A stretch of 64,000 nt of DNA from an uncultured bacterium (GCA_949291545.1 CASEWB010000009.1:201874-265873); one strand, 5' to 3'; shown: positions 1 to 8,976, counted from the first letter of the stretch. Program-made: numbers and translations. The notes: generated by a model not told the origin, from the letters alone.

Positions 1-1266
1 TGCGCTGCAGTGGCGGCAGTACCACACCGGAATGCGGTGCCCCCACCAAATCTGGCGGGAAATGCACCAATCCTGAATGTTTTTCAGCCAGTTTAAAAAC
101 GGGTTTTTCCAGTTGGCGGGGTGGAATTGCAATTCGCCCGATTCGGCCGCTTCAATGGCCGGCTTGGCAATTTCGTCCATTTTCACAAACCATTGTTCGC
201 TCATAAACGGTTCAATGGCGCTGTGGCAGCGGTAGCAGGTGGAAACGGCGTTGTTGTATTTTTCTTCTTTGACGAGTAATTCGGCGGCGTCCAAATCTTT
301 GACGGTTTCCTTGCGGCAGACTTCGCGGTCCATGCCCAAATATTTTTCAGGGCAGTTGACCATCTTGCCTTTGTCGTTGATGACCGTCATAATCGGCAGG
401 TTGTGGCGCTGGCCGACTTCGTAGTCGGTCGCGTCGTGCGCCGGGGTGATTTTTAAGGCGCCGGTACCAAAGCCCAGTTCTACGGCTTCGTCGGCAATAA
501 TCGGAATGGCGCGGTTGGCTAAGGGGATAATGACCTTTTTGCCCACCATATTTTTGTAGCGTTCGTCTTTGGGGTTGACGGCGATGGCGGCGTCGGCGTA
601 GATGGTTTCGGGGCGGGTGGTGGCAATTACAATGCCGTCCGAGCCGTCCTCGCCTTTATAGCGCAAGTACCACAATTTGCCGGCGTGTTGTTCGTGTTCT
701 ACTTCAATGTCTGACAGCGCGGTGGAACAGCGCACGCACCAGTTGATTAAGCGTTTGCCGCGGTAAATGTATTTTTTCTCCCACCATTGGCGGAAACATT
801 CGTATACGGCTTTGGCGCGTTTTTCGTCCATCGTAAAACGGATATCGGAAAGGTCCAAACTCCAGCCCATTTTGCGGAACTGGTTAAAAATGGCGTTGCC
901 GCATTCGTTGTACCAATCCCATACGGTTTTGACGAATGCTTCACGGCCCAAGTCGTGGCGGGATTTGTGTTCTTCTTTGGCCAGTTTCTTTTCAATGACG
1001 TTTTGGGTGGCAATACCGCCATGGTCCGTGCCGGGCACCCAGTAGGCGTCCTCCCCAAACATACGATGGGCGCGGATTAAAACATCCTGCAAGGTGTTGG
1101 TGGAAGCGTGCCCCATATGCAAGGCACCGGTAATATTCGGCGGCGGGATAACAATAACAAAGGGTTTTTTGTTTTTATCGGCTTTGGCGGCGAACAACTT
1201 GGCGTTTTGCCATTTGTCCGCGAGTTTTTGTTCTACTTCTTGCGGTTCATACGCTTTAGGTAACAT
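1..1266 (-). CDS. valS: Valyl-tRNA synthetase, N-terminal ~420 codons (rest runs off window start)
   Basis: Absent from the ORF track because it is open at the window edge. My minus-strand translation from ATG (cat 1264-1266) gives MLPKAYEPQEVEQKLADKWQ...VIPPPNITGALHMGHAS, the ValRS form of the HIGH motif, and later IATTRPETIYADAAIAVNPKDERY. Confidence 0.9.
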   Translation of the reverse strand, partial: MLPKAYEPQEVEQKLADKWQNAKLFAAKADKNKKPFVIVIPPPNITGALHMGHASTNTLQDVLIRAHRMFGEDAYWVPGTDHGGIATQNVIEKKLAKEEHKSRHDLGREAFVKTVWDWYNECGNAIFNQFRKMGWSLDLSDIRFTMDEKRAKAVYECFRQWWEKKYIYRGKRLINWCVRCSTALSDIEVEHEQHAGKLWYLRYKGEDGSDGIVIATTRPETIYADAAIAVNPKDERYKNMVGKKVIIPLANRAIPIIADEAVELGFGTGALKITPAHDATDYEVGQRHNLPIMTVINDKGKMVNCPEKYLGMDREVCRKETVKDLDAAELLVKEEKYNNAVSTCYRCHSAIEPFMSEQWFVKMDEIAKPAIEAAESGELQFHPANWKNPFLNWLKNIQDWCISRQIWWGHRIPVWYCRHCSA

Positions 1267-1342
1267 TGCAAGTCCTCTTTACTTGGTTTCTTCGCGTAAT
1301 GTGACGTTACGCGCTTAGCTATATTTTACCAATTTAAGAGGG

Positions 1343-1376
1343 GTAAAAACAGCCGCCCCGCACTGGGCGGGGCGGC
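1343..1376 (-). terminator. Rho-independent terminator after gldA
   Basis: 10-bp GC stem gccgccccgc (1352-1361) / gcggggcggc (1367-1376) with a 5-nt loop. On the minus strand it is followed by TGTTTTTAC. Confidence 0.7.
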
Positions 1377-1403
1377 AAATTTGGCGAACGGGAAGGCCGC
1401 CGC

Positions 1404-2489
1404 TTAAGAACCCAACTTGTCGGCCACTTTAATAGCGGCAAATACGTCCTCGGGCGTTACCTTAAAGGGCATATTGTGTATGGTTTCGCCTTCGGCACAA
1501 CTGGCCGCGGCCACTTTTTTAAGGTCTTCGTCCGACACGTCTTTGAGCCCCAGCGCAGCCAAGTTGGTAGGCAGGCCCACTTCCCGGCAGAAGGCAAGCA
1601 CTTCGTCAAACTCGGCTTTCGGCGCGTTTTCCAATGCCAGCTGCGCCAATAGGCCAAAAGCGACCTTTTCCCCGTGCATGGCTTCGTGCGTTTGCGGCAG
1701 CACGGTCAGCCCGTTGTGAATGGCGTGTGCCGCCGCCAGGCCGCCGCTTTCAAACCCAATGCCGCTCATATAGGTGTTGGTTTCCACAATGTCGTCCAAT
1801 GCACTGGACACGGCTTTGGCTTGCGCCGCCAGTTTGGCGCGCAGGCCGTTTTTAAACAAACTGTCGCGGCAGCCGCGGGCAATAGCCAAAGCGGACAAGG
1901 ACGAACGCCCGCCCGCCGTGGTGGCTTTGCCGGAAGCAAAGCAGGCGCAGGCTTCGTAGTAGGTGGCCAGCGCGTCGCCCATACCGGCCACCAGCATACG
2001 CACTGGGGATTGCGCAATGACGGCGGTGTCCACCAGCACGACGTCCGGGTTGTTGCGCAAAATTAAATAACTTTCGAAAGACCCTCCTTCGGTATAGATT
2101 ACCGACAGCGCGCTGCAAGGTGCGTCCGTGGACGCGATAGACGGCGCAATAATCACCGGCAGTTTGGCGTAGTAAGCGGACGCTTTGGCGGTGTCCAGCG
2201 TTTTCCCGCCGCCAATGCCAATTACAACCCCGCAGTTTTTTTCGTGGATTTCGTTTACGATGCGTTTGATTTCCGCCATCGAACATTCGCCCCCAAAGCG
2301 GTGTGCGTGCAGCGCAATGTTGCGGGCGGAAAAGCCCTTTTCCACCGTGGGCCAATAGTGTTTTAATACATGCGGCCCCGCCACGGCGTACGCACTTTGG
2401 GCGCCCAGTGCGGTGGCGTAATCGGCCAGCCGTTCCCACGCGCCGGGCCCTTGTACATATTTCATAGGCGAGTAGATTATCTTATCCAT
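1404..2489 (-). CDS. gldA: Glycerol dehydrogenase (iron-containing ADH family)
   Basis: 361 aa. Motifs GIGGGKTLDTAKA, APSIASTDAP, GMGDALATYYEA, AAHAIHNGLT and HGEKVAFG are typical of GldA. Confidence 0.85.
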   Translation of the reverse strand: MDKIIYSPMKYVQGPGAWERLADYATALGAQSAYAVAGPHVLKHYWPTVEKGFSARNIALHAHRFGGECSMAEIKRIVNEIHEKNCGVVIGIGGGKTLDTAKASAYYAKLPVIIAPSIASTDAPCSALSVIYTEGGSFESYLILRNNPDVVLVDTAVIAQSPVRMLVAGMGDALATYYEACACFASGKATTAGGRSSLSALAIARGCRDSLFKNGLRAKLAAQAKAVSSALDDIVETNTYMSGIGFESGGLAAAHAIHNGLTVLPQTHEAMHGEKVAFGLLAQLALENAPKAEFDEVLAFCREVGLPTNLAALGLKDVSDEDLKKVAAASCAEGETIHNMPFKVTPEDVFAAIKVADKLGS

Positions 2490-2613
2490 AAGTCCCCCTT
2501 GGTTTTTCTTTTATTGTATCTCTTTGCGAAAGAAAAACAAGCGCTAAAAATAGATTAGCTCCTAGTTATCTATCGGGTGGGAAAAACCACGCGGATTATG
2601 TCATAATATAGAT

Positions 2614-2877
2614 ATGGAAGAAAAGGAAATTATTCAGACCGAAGAAATTATTGAACCCGAAATTTTGGACGAACACGGAAATCCCATTCATGCTGGGCCC
2701 GCTAAAGATTCCGCCCGCCCCAAAGGCGATACGGGGGGAATTATCGGCGGGGTGTTTGTGCTGGCGTTTGGGTTTATTATGACGCTTTTAGTAGCGGTGT
2801 TTAGTATTTGCATCGTGCTGCCCCTGATGCTGTTGGGGCGTTTGTTGGGAATGCAAATTAAAACTTTCCGCCGGTAA
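2614..2877 (+). CDS. Small membrane protein, unknown function
   Basis: 87-aa ORF with an acidic N-terminus followed by a long hydrophobic stretch (GGIIGGVFVLAFGFIMTLLVAVFSICIVLPLMLLG). A terminator follows. Confidence 0.5.
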   Translation: MEEKEIIQTEEIIEPEILDEHGNPIHAGPAKDSARPKGDTGGIIGGVFVLAFGFIMTLLVAVFSICIVLPLMLLGRLLGMQIKTFRR

Positions 2878-2900
2878 GTGCACCAGCTTTAAACCTTACA

Positions 2901-2933
2901 AAAAAGCCCCCGTTTTGCGGGGGCTTTTGGTTT
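2901..2933. terminator. Bidirectional terminator hairpin
   Basis: aaaaagcccccg-tttt-gcgggggctttt has an A-run and a T-run on either side. It lies between convergent ORFs 2614-2877(+) and 2932-3687(-). Confidence 0.7.
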
Positions 2934-3687
2934 ACAGGTACAAAATTTTAAATCCTAGCATAAACTCCCAATCGTAGGAGTATTTGTTGCCGCCCAAGTG
3001 CCAGCCCCCGCGCACATACATAGAGGAGCCGACGTTAATCATGGTGCCAAGTTCAAACTCGCCAATGAGTTCCGCCTCGCCGGGGTTTTCGTAATCTACT
3101 GTGTAGCGCGGGTCAAATTCAAACCACCAACCGTCTGGGCCGATAATCCCAAAAATCATACGGTAGCGGCTTTCGTTGATGTCTTCCCGCCCGCTGCTGC
3201 CAGCAAAGGAAAAGATGTGGCGGTATTCCGCTTCCACAAAGAAATTGGGGCTTAATTTCCAAACGGTAAAGATTTCCGGTTCCGCCACCCATTTGCCGTC
3301 CCCCAGGCTGTGGTCTGTGGCGGTGGGAGTGGTAAGCTCCATAGCCAGCCCATACGAGAAAATTTTGTTGGGGCTGTAGTCTACATAACTGCCGGATACC
3401 ATAATGTCGCCCAAGCCTTTGGCGGAGTGTTCGTCGTTCCCCACGCGGGCTACCGGAATTTCGGCGCCGAATTTCCAATGGTGGTTTAACTTAAACGAAG
3501 GTTTAATTTCCAGGGTGGAAGAAATGTCGTTTTTGGCGTCATTTTTTGCTTTAAAGCGGGGTTTGATTTCCAGCGAAGTAATATTTTCCGTCGGCAAAAT
3601 GCCCAATACTTGCAGGTTTTCTTGCAACTGGGCGTGGCAGGGCAAGGCGCAAAAAAGCGCACACACAATAAGAATGCGTTTAACCAT
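2932..3687 (-). CDS. Outer-membrane beta-barrel protein (MetA/phenol-degradation-like OMP family, tentative)
   Basis: 251 aa with a signal peptide (MVKRILIVCALFCALPCHAQ). It shows alternating aromatic/polar beta-strand patterning and an aromatic-rich C-terminus (GFKILYL). Confidence 0.6.
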   Translation of the reverse strand: MVKRILIVCALFCALPCHAQLQENLQVLGILPTENITSLEIKPRFKAKNDAKNDISSTLEIKPSFKLNHHWKFGAEIPVARVGNDEHSAKGLGDIMVSGSYVDYSPNKIFSYGLAMELTTPTATDHSLGDGKWVAEPEIFTVWKLSPNFFVEAEYRHIFSFAGSSGREDINESRYRMIFGIIGPDGWWFEFDPRYTVDYENPGEAELIGEFELGTMINVGSSMYVRGGWHLGGNKYSYDWEFMLGFKILYL

Positions 3688-3715
3688 ACAACCTCACAAA
3701 AGGGGAATTTGCCCG

Positions 3716-3743
3716 CTAAAAAAGCCCCTTGAGGGGGCTTTTA
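3716..3743 (-). terminator. Terminator-like hairpin upstream of the OMP gene
   Basis: aaaagcccc-ttga-gggggctttt. On the minus strand the stem is followed by TTTTTTAGC, so it would stop a leftward transcript coming from 3744 onwards. Confidence 0.5.
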
Positions 3744-3835
3744 AATGGCGGAGAGCTGAATTTCCCTAGCCAAATGCTCTTTTGGCCCTTATCGCGCCTC
3801 CCTGCATAACAGGGAGAAAACAGGGGTCTTTTATA
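3744..3835 (-). ncRNA. Candidate small RNA (GC-rich, two hairpins plus the 3716-3743 terminator); identity unknown
   Basis: Minus strand reads ...CTCCCTG-TTATG-CAGGGAG...GGCCAAA-AGAGCA-TTTGGCT...GCTCTCCGCCA, then the terminator. There is no ORF. It sits at the GC/AT transition of the island. Confidence 0.2.
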
Positions 3836-3892
3836 ATAATAAATAATATATAATAATTAAAATAAAATGATACAGATTTAAGAGAATATCAA

Positions 3893-4936
3893 ATGCCATA
3901 CCACATAACCTCATCAGAAAAAACAAATGAACGGGCCTCCGATACGGAAACCAAAGCCTTATTATATTTGATGAATTTTTATAGAAATTGCGACGATATT
4001 GAATTTTTTGCTATTGATTTCTTTAATGACGTGACAGGTATCCATCGCTTACAAGACGAAGCCTATGACTTGCAATCTAAAGGAAATAGGAATATTAATG
4101 CAAAAAAAATCGGTAGATCTTTAATTACTCTTTTCAAAAATTATATTTCTGATTTAAATTTTAAGGATTTTATTCTATTCATAGGAGGCATTGCTCCTTC
4201 AGCACTGATAGATACCAATCTATCCGTATTTGATATTAATAATTTTACTACAAAAGCTCAACAAGCAATTAAGAGAGGATTAAAAGAAGAAGGAACGGAA
4301 AAAAGCTACATTGATAAATCTTCAATTACTGATGCTAATATAAACTCATTTTTATCTAAAGTTTCTTTTGTTATTGATGATAAATCTAAAGAAGATTACA
4401 TTAAAGGTATTATTCGGAATGAGAATATTATTATTGATGATGAAAAAGAATACTTGCAAAAAATATTTGAAGAAATTAGAGCTAAACAACATGCAAAAAA
4501 ACTGTCAAAAGTAGAAGGAATTTGTATTCATCAAATTTCTGAATTTTTCCATTACAGCCGCCATCTTTCTACAGGAGATATCAAATTAATGGTCTTAAGC
4601 AGATTAGTAAATAAAACGTCATTAATAGACGGAATTCCTCAAAGTTTTATGGAATATGCTTGTTCTATCAGGGAAAACAAGTTTGATAGACAGGAATTTA
4701 TTCAGTCTTGTCAAAATCAGCTATTCAGAATGGTCTGTGACAAAAACAATGCTCAGGCATATTGGCAACTCTTTGAAGACATTTACTATATAGCAAAAGA
4801 CCCTCTCAATAAAAATCAATCTCTTGAGGCTTTACTTAAGACAATTCCGCGGGATCATATCCTGAATGTACATCACTTAGATCGAGAGGCAGTTTTATAC
4901 TTTATTGCCTTACTCAAGGAGGCATTCGAGAAATGA
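3893..4936 (+). CDS. Restriction-fold nuclease-like effector (Cap4/DUF4297-like, LmuA-like) with helical C-terminal domain
   Basis: 347 aa. It has an N-terminal helix with Glu (SDTETKALLYL), then FFAIDFFNDV...(17 aa)...AYDLQSK, matching a D...D...QxK nuclease-core pattern. ATGA overlaps the next ORF. Confidence 0.5.
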   Translation: MPYHITSSEKTNERASDTETKALLYLMNFYRNCDDIEFFAIDFFNDVTGIHRLQDEAYDLQSKGNRNINAKKIGRSLITLFKNYISDLNFKDFILFIGGIAPSALIDTNLSVFDINNFTTKAQQAIKRGLKEEGTEKSYIDKSSITDANINSFLSKVSFVIDDKSKEDYIKGIIRNENIIIDDEKEYLQKIFEEIRAKQHAKKLSKVEGICIHQISEFFHYSRHLSTGDIKLMVLSRLVNKTSLIDGIPQSFMEYACSIRENKFDRQEFIQSCQNQLFRMVCDKNNAQAYWQLFEDIYYIAKDPLNKNQSLEALLKTIPRDHILNVHHLDREAVLYFIALLKEAFEK

Positions 4937-6546
4937 TTATTCTTAAAAAAGTAGCATTTGGAAGTGCAGAAGAAGCTTTTATTGAAAATTCATTACAACC
5001 AAACTGCAATATTATATACAGCCATGATAATAACAAAGGAAAAACAATTGTAACCCAATCTATTGGATACGTTTTAGGCAATGAACCAGCTTTTCCCAGC
5101 GGTTTTAGTTATAAACATCTTTACTTTTATCTTGAGTTGGAAACAAACCAAAGCATTCTAAAAATTTGCCGAAAAAATAATTCTTTTATTATTAAAAGAG
5201 GAAACCATTTCCATTTGTACGACTCCATATCAGAATTTAAACGTTTTTTTAGTCAATATATTTATTCTCTTCCATTAATTATAAAAGAAGGAGACAATAC
5301 ATTGAAGTTAGTTGATCCTGTTTTATTTACTCAACTCTTCTTTGTTGGTCAAGATGGGAGGAATGCTTCTTCAATCTTTAATGACTCATACTATACAAAA
5401 AAAGATTTTATCAATATGGTTTATGCGTGGAGTAAATGCTATACCTTAGACCAGAATACTAATCCCGATAAAATCAAGCATGAAATAGAAGAACTTAAAA
5501 AAGAAAAGAATTATTTAATCAAAAAAACTCATATTCTATCTGAATTATCTAACTCTATTGCTTATGCTAGTTATATCAAAAATCAAGAACAGATAGATGC
5601 AAAAATACAAAAATTAGAAGAAAAAAATGCAGAATTGAATAGTTTTAAGAAAAAAATTAATAGATTATACAGCTCCAAGATAAAGAATGAAAATCTACTG
5701 AATGAATTAAGATCACTAAATGCAGAATTGAAAGAAGGACGGCTAACATGTCTAGACTGTGGATCTTCGTGCATAGGATATGAAAATGCCCACCAGAATG
5801 TTACCTTTGATGTGTCCGATACAACAATCCGCGCCAATATTCAAAAGGCAATTCAGGAAAGGATTGATTCTGCCAAAGAAGACATTCAGCAATTTTCCAA
5901 AAAAATGTCTGATCTTCAAAATGAAATACGCAATCTAATGCAAGAAGAAGATGTTTCAATAGAAAGCTTGTTATTGGTTAAAAAAGAATTATTAAGTGTT
6001 GCAGACGCAGAAAAAGAAGTGCAACAAATAGATCAAAAAATTCTAAATCTTTCTAATAAACTACATAATTTATTAGAACAAATAAATATAATAAAAAACT
6101 CAAAAGAAGAAATAAAAAAACAACTTCTATTTTTTATGAATGAATTTTATAAAGAGGTTGACCCTTTCGGAAAACTTGATTTTGACTCTTTATTTGCTCG
6201 TAAAGATCAGACTTTTTCAGGAAGTGAAAACGCTGAATTTTATTTAGCCAAATTATATGCCTTAGTAAAAACATTGCAACATCCTTTTCCGATCATAGTT
6301 GATGGTTTCCGAGAGGGTGAGCTGTCAACACCAAAAGAAGCAATCGTGCTAAGTAAATTCTCTGCCCTTCCTAATCAAGTCATATTTACAACTACTTTAA
6401 AAAAACAAGAATCTAACAAGTATATTTCTATACAAAATATTAATGCTATCAACTATGATAGTAATTCGCCAAGCCATATTTTAAGCAATATATATTTAGA
6501 GGATTTTCGAAATATTTTAAAAGAGATAAATATAGTATTAAAGTAG
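4933..6546 (+). CDS. Rad50/SMC-like ABC ATPase with coiled-coil insertion and CxxC hook (LmuB/DUF3732-like)
   Basis: 537 aa. Motifs are Walker A HDNNKGKT followed by SIGYVLG, Q-loop FFVGQDG, signature-like FSGSEN and Walker B PIIVDGF. Residues ~175-400 are heptad/Lys-Glu rich, with LTCLDCGSSC at the midpoint. Confidence 0.65.
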   Translation: MIILKKVAFGSAEEAFIENSLQPNCNIIYSHDNNKGKTIVTQSIGYVLGNEPAFPSGFSYKHLYFYLELETNQSILKICRKNNSFIIKRGNHFHLYDSISEFKRFFSQYIYSLPLIIKEGDNTLKLVDPVLFTQLFFVGQDGRNASSIFNDSYYTKKDFINMVYAWSKCYTLDQNTNPDKIKHEIEELKKEKNYLIKKTHILSELSNSIAYASYIKNQEQIDAKIQKLEEKNAELNSFKKKINRLYSSKIKNENLLNELRSLNAELKEGRLTCLDCGSSCIGYENAHQNVTFDVSDTTIRANIQKAIQERIDSAKEDIQQFSKKMSDLQNEIRNLMQEEDVSIESLLLVKKELLSVADAEKEVQQIDQKILNLSNKLHNLLEQINIIKNSKEEIKKQLLFFMNEFYKEVDPFGKLDFDSLFARKDQTFSGSENAEFYLAKLYALVKTLQHPFPIIVDGFREGELSTPKEAIVLSKFSALPNQVIFTTTLKKQESNKYISIQNINAINYDSNSPSHILSNIYLEDFRNILKEINIVLK

Positions 6547-6549
6547 TAT

Positions 6550-7305
6550 ATGCACATCAAATTCCTATTGAAACGTTTGCCGGGAGTAAATATTCATACC
6601 CATCCGCCATATAAAGTGGTTACTAGCGGCCGGGCATTGGAAAATTATCCGGCTGGCTACAGGAAAGTGTCGTCGGAATTAATCTTTTTGGCCCGGACAA
6701 TCGTTCTTAATCAAGATTTTGTCCAATTTGTAAGAAATTTCCGTCAAAAACATGGTTTGCCTATCGAAGGATTTGAAACAGGACCTTGTCATTTCATACT
6801 TAGAGATAAAAAACACAAAAAACTCGCTAAATTAGCCCAACAAGTACAATGGGATTTAACTTCCAGTGAAGTGCATGGATATTATTCTATCCATTCGCTT
6901 TTAAAACCCCATCTTTTCTCTATTGTGTGGTGTAACATCATTGAACACCATATAGAACCAATTTCTATCTACTACGCTACACATGAGGAACCTTGGTTAA
7001 AAATCCATATTACCCACGACATCAAATTTTCAGAACTAATTGGATTTCTCCGCACCAAGAAAGCAGATATTGAAGCCAATTTAAAAGAATTACCCTCAAA
7101 ATATTTCACCAAAACCGATCTGGAAAACATCCGTTTAATTAGTTTACAAACCAAACGAATGACAGAAACCGATTTATTTGAAAGAGCTCAAAAAGACAAA
7201 GTATTAAGGAAATTAATCCCAAATTTAACCATTGATGCCTTCCACAAAAGATGCGGTCGAGCCAGAAAACTTGTAAAAAATCTCTTCATAGCTAAAAGGA
7301 CATAG
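6550..7305 (+). CDS. Hypothetical protein, third gene of the cassette (no recognisable motif)
   Basis: 251-aa ORF that starts 3 nt after the stop of the ATPase gene. It has a basic C-terminus (HKRCGRARKLVKNLFIAKRT). Confidence 0.5.
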   Translation: MHIKFLLKRLPGVNIHTHPPYKVVTSGRALENYPAGYRKVSSELIFLARTIVLNQDFVQFVRNFRQKHGLPIEGFETGPCHFILRDKKHKKLAKLAQQVQWDLTSSEVHGYYSIHSLLKPHLFSIVWCNIIEHHIEPISIYYATHEEPWLKIHITHDIKFSELIGFLRTKKADIEANLKELPSKYFTKTDLENIRLISLQTKRMTETDLFERAQKDKVLRKLIPNLTIDAFHKRCGRARKLVKNLFIAKRT

Positions 7306-7381
7306 TTTTCCACTTTTCGTGTCCTCGTAAGATACCTCTGTTATCACTATACTGTGTTATATTCCGATAACGGAGGTAAAT

Positions 7382-8632
7382 ATGAAAATTGAAAATATCC
7401 CTGTCGAAAAACTTAAGGCTTATTCTCGCAACACACGCATACATTCGCCCAAACAAATAGAACTATTGGCACGAAGTATTAAAGTCTTTGGTTTCAACAA
7501 TCCCGTGTTAATTGATAAAAACAATGTTATTTTGGCAGGACATGGCCGCGTTTTAGCAGCCCGAAAATTAAACTTAAAATCAATTCCCACGGTAAAAATT
7601 GAACATCTTACCCCACTTGAATTGAAAGCGTTTCGGATAGCAGATAACCGAATAGCCGAGCAAAGCAGCTGGGATAAGGCCTCCCTAAAGCTGGAATTTC
7701 AAGAGCTAGTCTCATGCCAGGACGAAATGGATGTCAATTTAACGGGTTTTTCTACCCCGGATATTGATTTACTCTTCCTTTCCGAAATAAATACATCAAA
7801 AGAAGAAACTTTGGACATTCCCCTCGATATCCCAAGGCGCGTCAAACCGGGCGATTTATGGAGTTTAGGAAGACACCGCCTTTTTTGCGGCAATGCGCTG
7901 GAATCCAGCAGTTACCGGGAACTATTAGGAAACCAAAAGGCCGATATGGTATTTACTGATGCCCCGTTTAATGTAAAAACGGACGGGCATATCTGCGGAA
8001 ACGGAAAATATAAGCACAAAGACTTTGCCATGGCTCACGGAGAGATGACTCCGCAAGAATTTACCGATTTCCTTTCGCAAACGTTCAAGAATTTGATTCA
8101 ATTCTCAAAAGACGGCTCGCTCCATTTTGTATGCATGGATTGGCGGCATATTTCCGAAATATCCACCGCCGGCAAAGCTTATACTGCTCTTAAAAACATC
8201 TGCGTATGGGATAAACAATGCGGAGGAATGGGGTCTCTGTATCGTTCCCAGCATGAATTTTTCTTCCTGTTCAAAAATGGCAACGCCACCCACATTAATC
8301 ATATTGATTTGGGGAAATATGGACGGAACAGAACAAATGTATGGAGTTATCCCGGCGTGAGGGTTTCCAACCCCGTAAACCGAAACGACTTAAAATTCCA
8401 TCCAACCGTTAAACCCGTAGGAATGATCGCTGATGCCATTTTGGACGTTAGCAACATCAGAGATATCGTTCTTGATTGCTTCGCGGGAAGCGGATCCACT
8501 TTGCTCGCCTGTGAAAAGACAAATCGCAAGGGTTACATGATGGAAATTGATCCGCACTACTGCGACGTTATTCTATATCGCTTTGAACAATTAACAGGTC
8601 AAAAAGCCAAATTTGAGGAGGTACTCGCATGA
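7382..8632 (+). CDS. ParB-like N-terminal domain fused to beta-class N6A/N4C DNA methyltransferase
   Basis: 416 aa. The ParB/Srx-type N-terminus is KLKAYSRNTRIHS...ILAGHGRVLAARKL. Motif IV-like is VFTDAPFNV and lies upstream of motif I DCFAGSGSTLLACE. An RBS ggagg lies 7 nt before the ATG. Confidence 0.8.
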   Translation: MKIENIPVEKLKAYSRNTRIHSPKQIELLARSIKVFGFNNPVLIDKNNVILAGHGRVLAARKLNLKSIPTVKIEHLTPLELKAFRIADNRIAEQSSWDKASLKLEFQELVSCQDEMDVNLTGFSTPDIDLLFLSEINTSKEETLDIPLDIPRRVKPGDLWSLGRHRLFCGNALESSSYRELLGNQKADMVFTDAPFNVKTDGHICGNGKYKHKDFAMAHGEMTPQEFTDFLSQTFKNLIQFSKDGSLHFVCMDWRHISEISTAGKAYTALKNICVWDKQCGGMGSLYRSQHEFFFLFKNGNATHINHIDLGKYGRNRTNVWSYPGVRVSNPVNRNDLKFHPTVKPVGMIADAILDVSNIRDIVLDCFAGSGSTLLACEKTNRKGYMMEIDPHYCDVILYRFEQLTGQKAKFEEVLA

Positions 8633-8949
8633 CATTACGTATCAAATGTAGACCTTATAAAGTAGGACCAGGACATCCGCCGAAAGAATTTCAGTTCAAA
8701 CCCGGACAATCGGGTAATCCCAATGGTCGGCCAGCAAACAGCCGAACGATGTATTCTCTTATGAAAGAAGAGTTCGGGCGTATGGTAACAGTAAGCGACG
8801 GAAAACAAAAAAGCGAAATTGCCGCCAAACAAGCACTGGCACGTAAATGGTTGCATGACGCTTTGCGAGGCAATATCAAAGCTTCAGAAATCGTACTGAA
8901 ATTTTTAACACGGGAAATGGACTCAGATCATACCTCTTTACCAATTTAA
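8629..8949 (+). CDS. DUF5681-like small protein (GQSGNPNGRP motif)
   Basis: 106 aa with an ATGA overlap to the methylase gene. KPGQSGNPNGRP is the motif I associate with DUF5681 proteins of phages and plasmids. Confidence 0.55.
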   Translation: MTLRIKCRPYKVGPGHPPKEFQFKPGQSGNPNGRPANSRTMYSLMKEEFGRMVTVSDGKQKSEIAAKQALARKWLHDALRGNIKASEIVLKFLTREMDSDHTSLPI

Positions 8950-8976
8950 AGGATATAGTGTGAATCTGGATTTATT

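Noticed and set aside
3745-3830. Possible tRNA or tmRNA 3' end because of ...GCTCTCCGCCA followed by a terminator
   Set aside because: There is no T-arm (GTTCRANYC) in front of the putative acceptor strand and no matching 5' acceptor strand. The upstream DNA is too AT-rich and too short for tmRNA. I kept it only as a low-confidence sRNA or junction remnant.
3700-3900. Direct repeat of the tRNA-Ser 3' end marking the distal island boundary
   Set aside because: Only a 7-nt match (cggagag) to the tRNA 3' end was found, which is not significant. A serine recombinase would not be expected to generate a long tRNA-derived repeat anyway.
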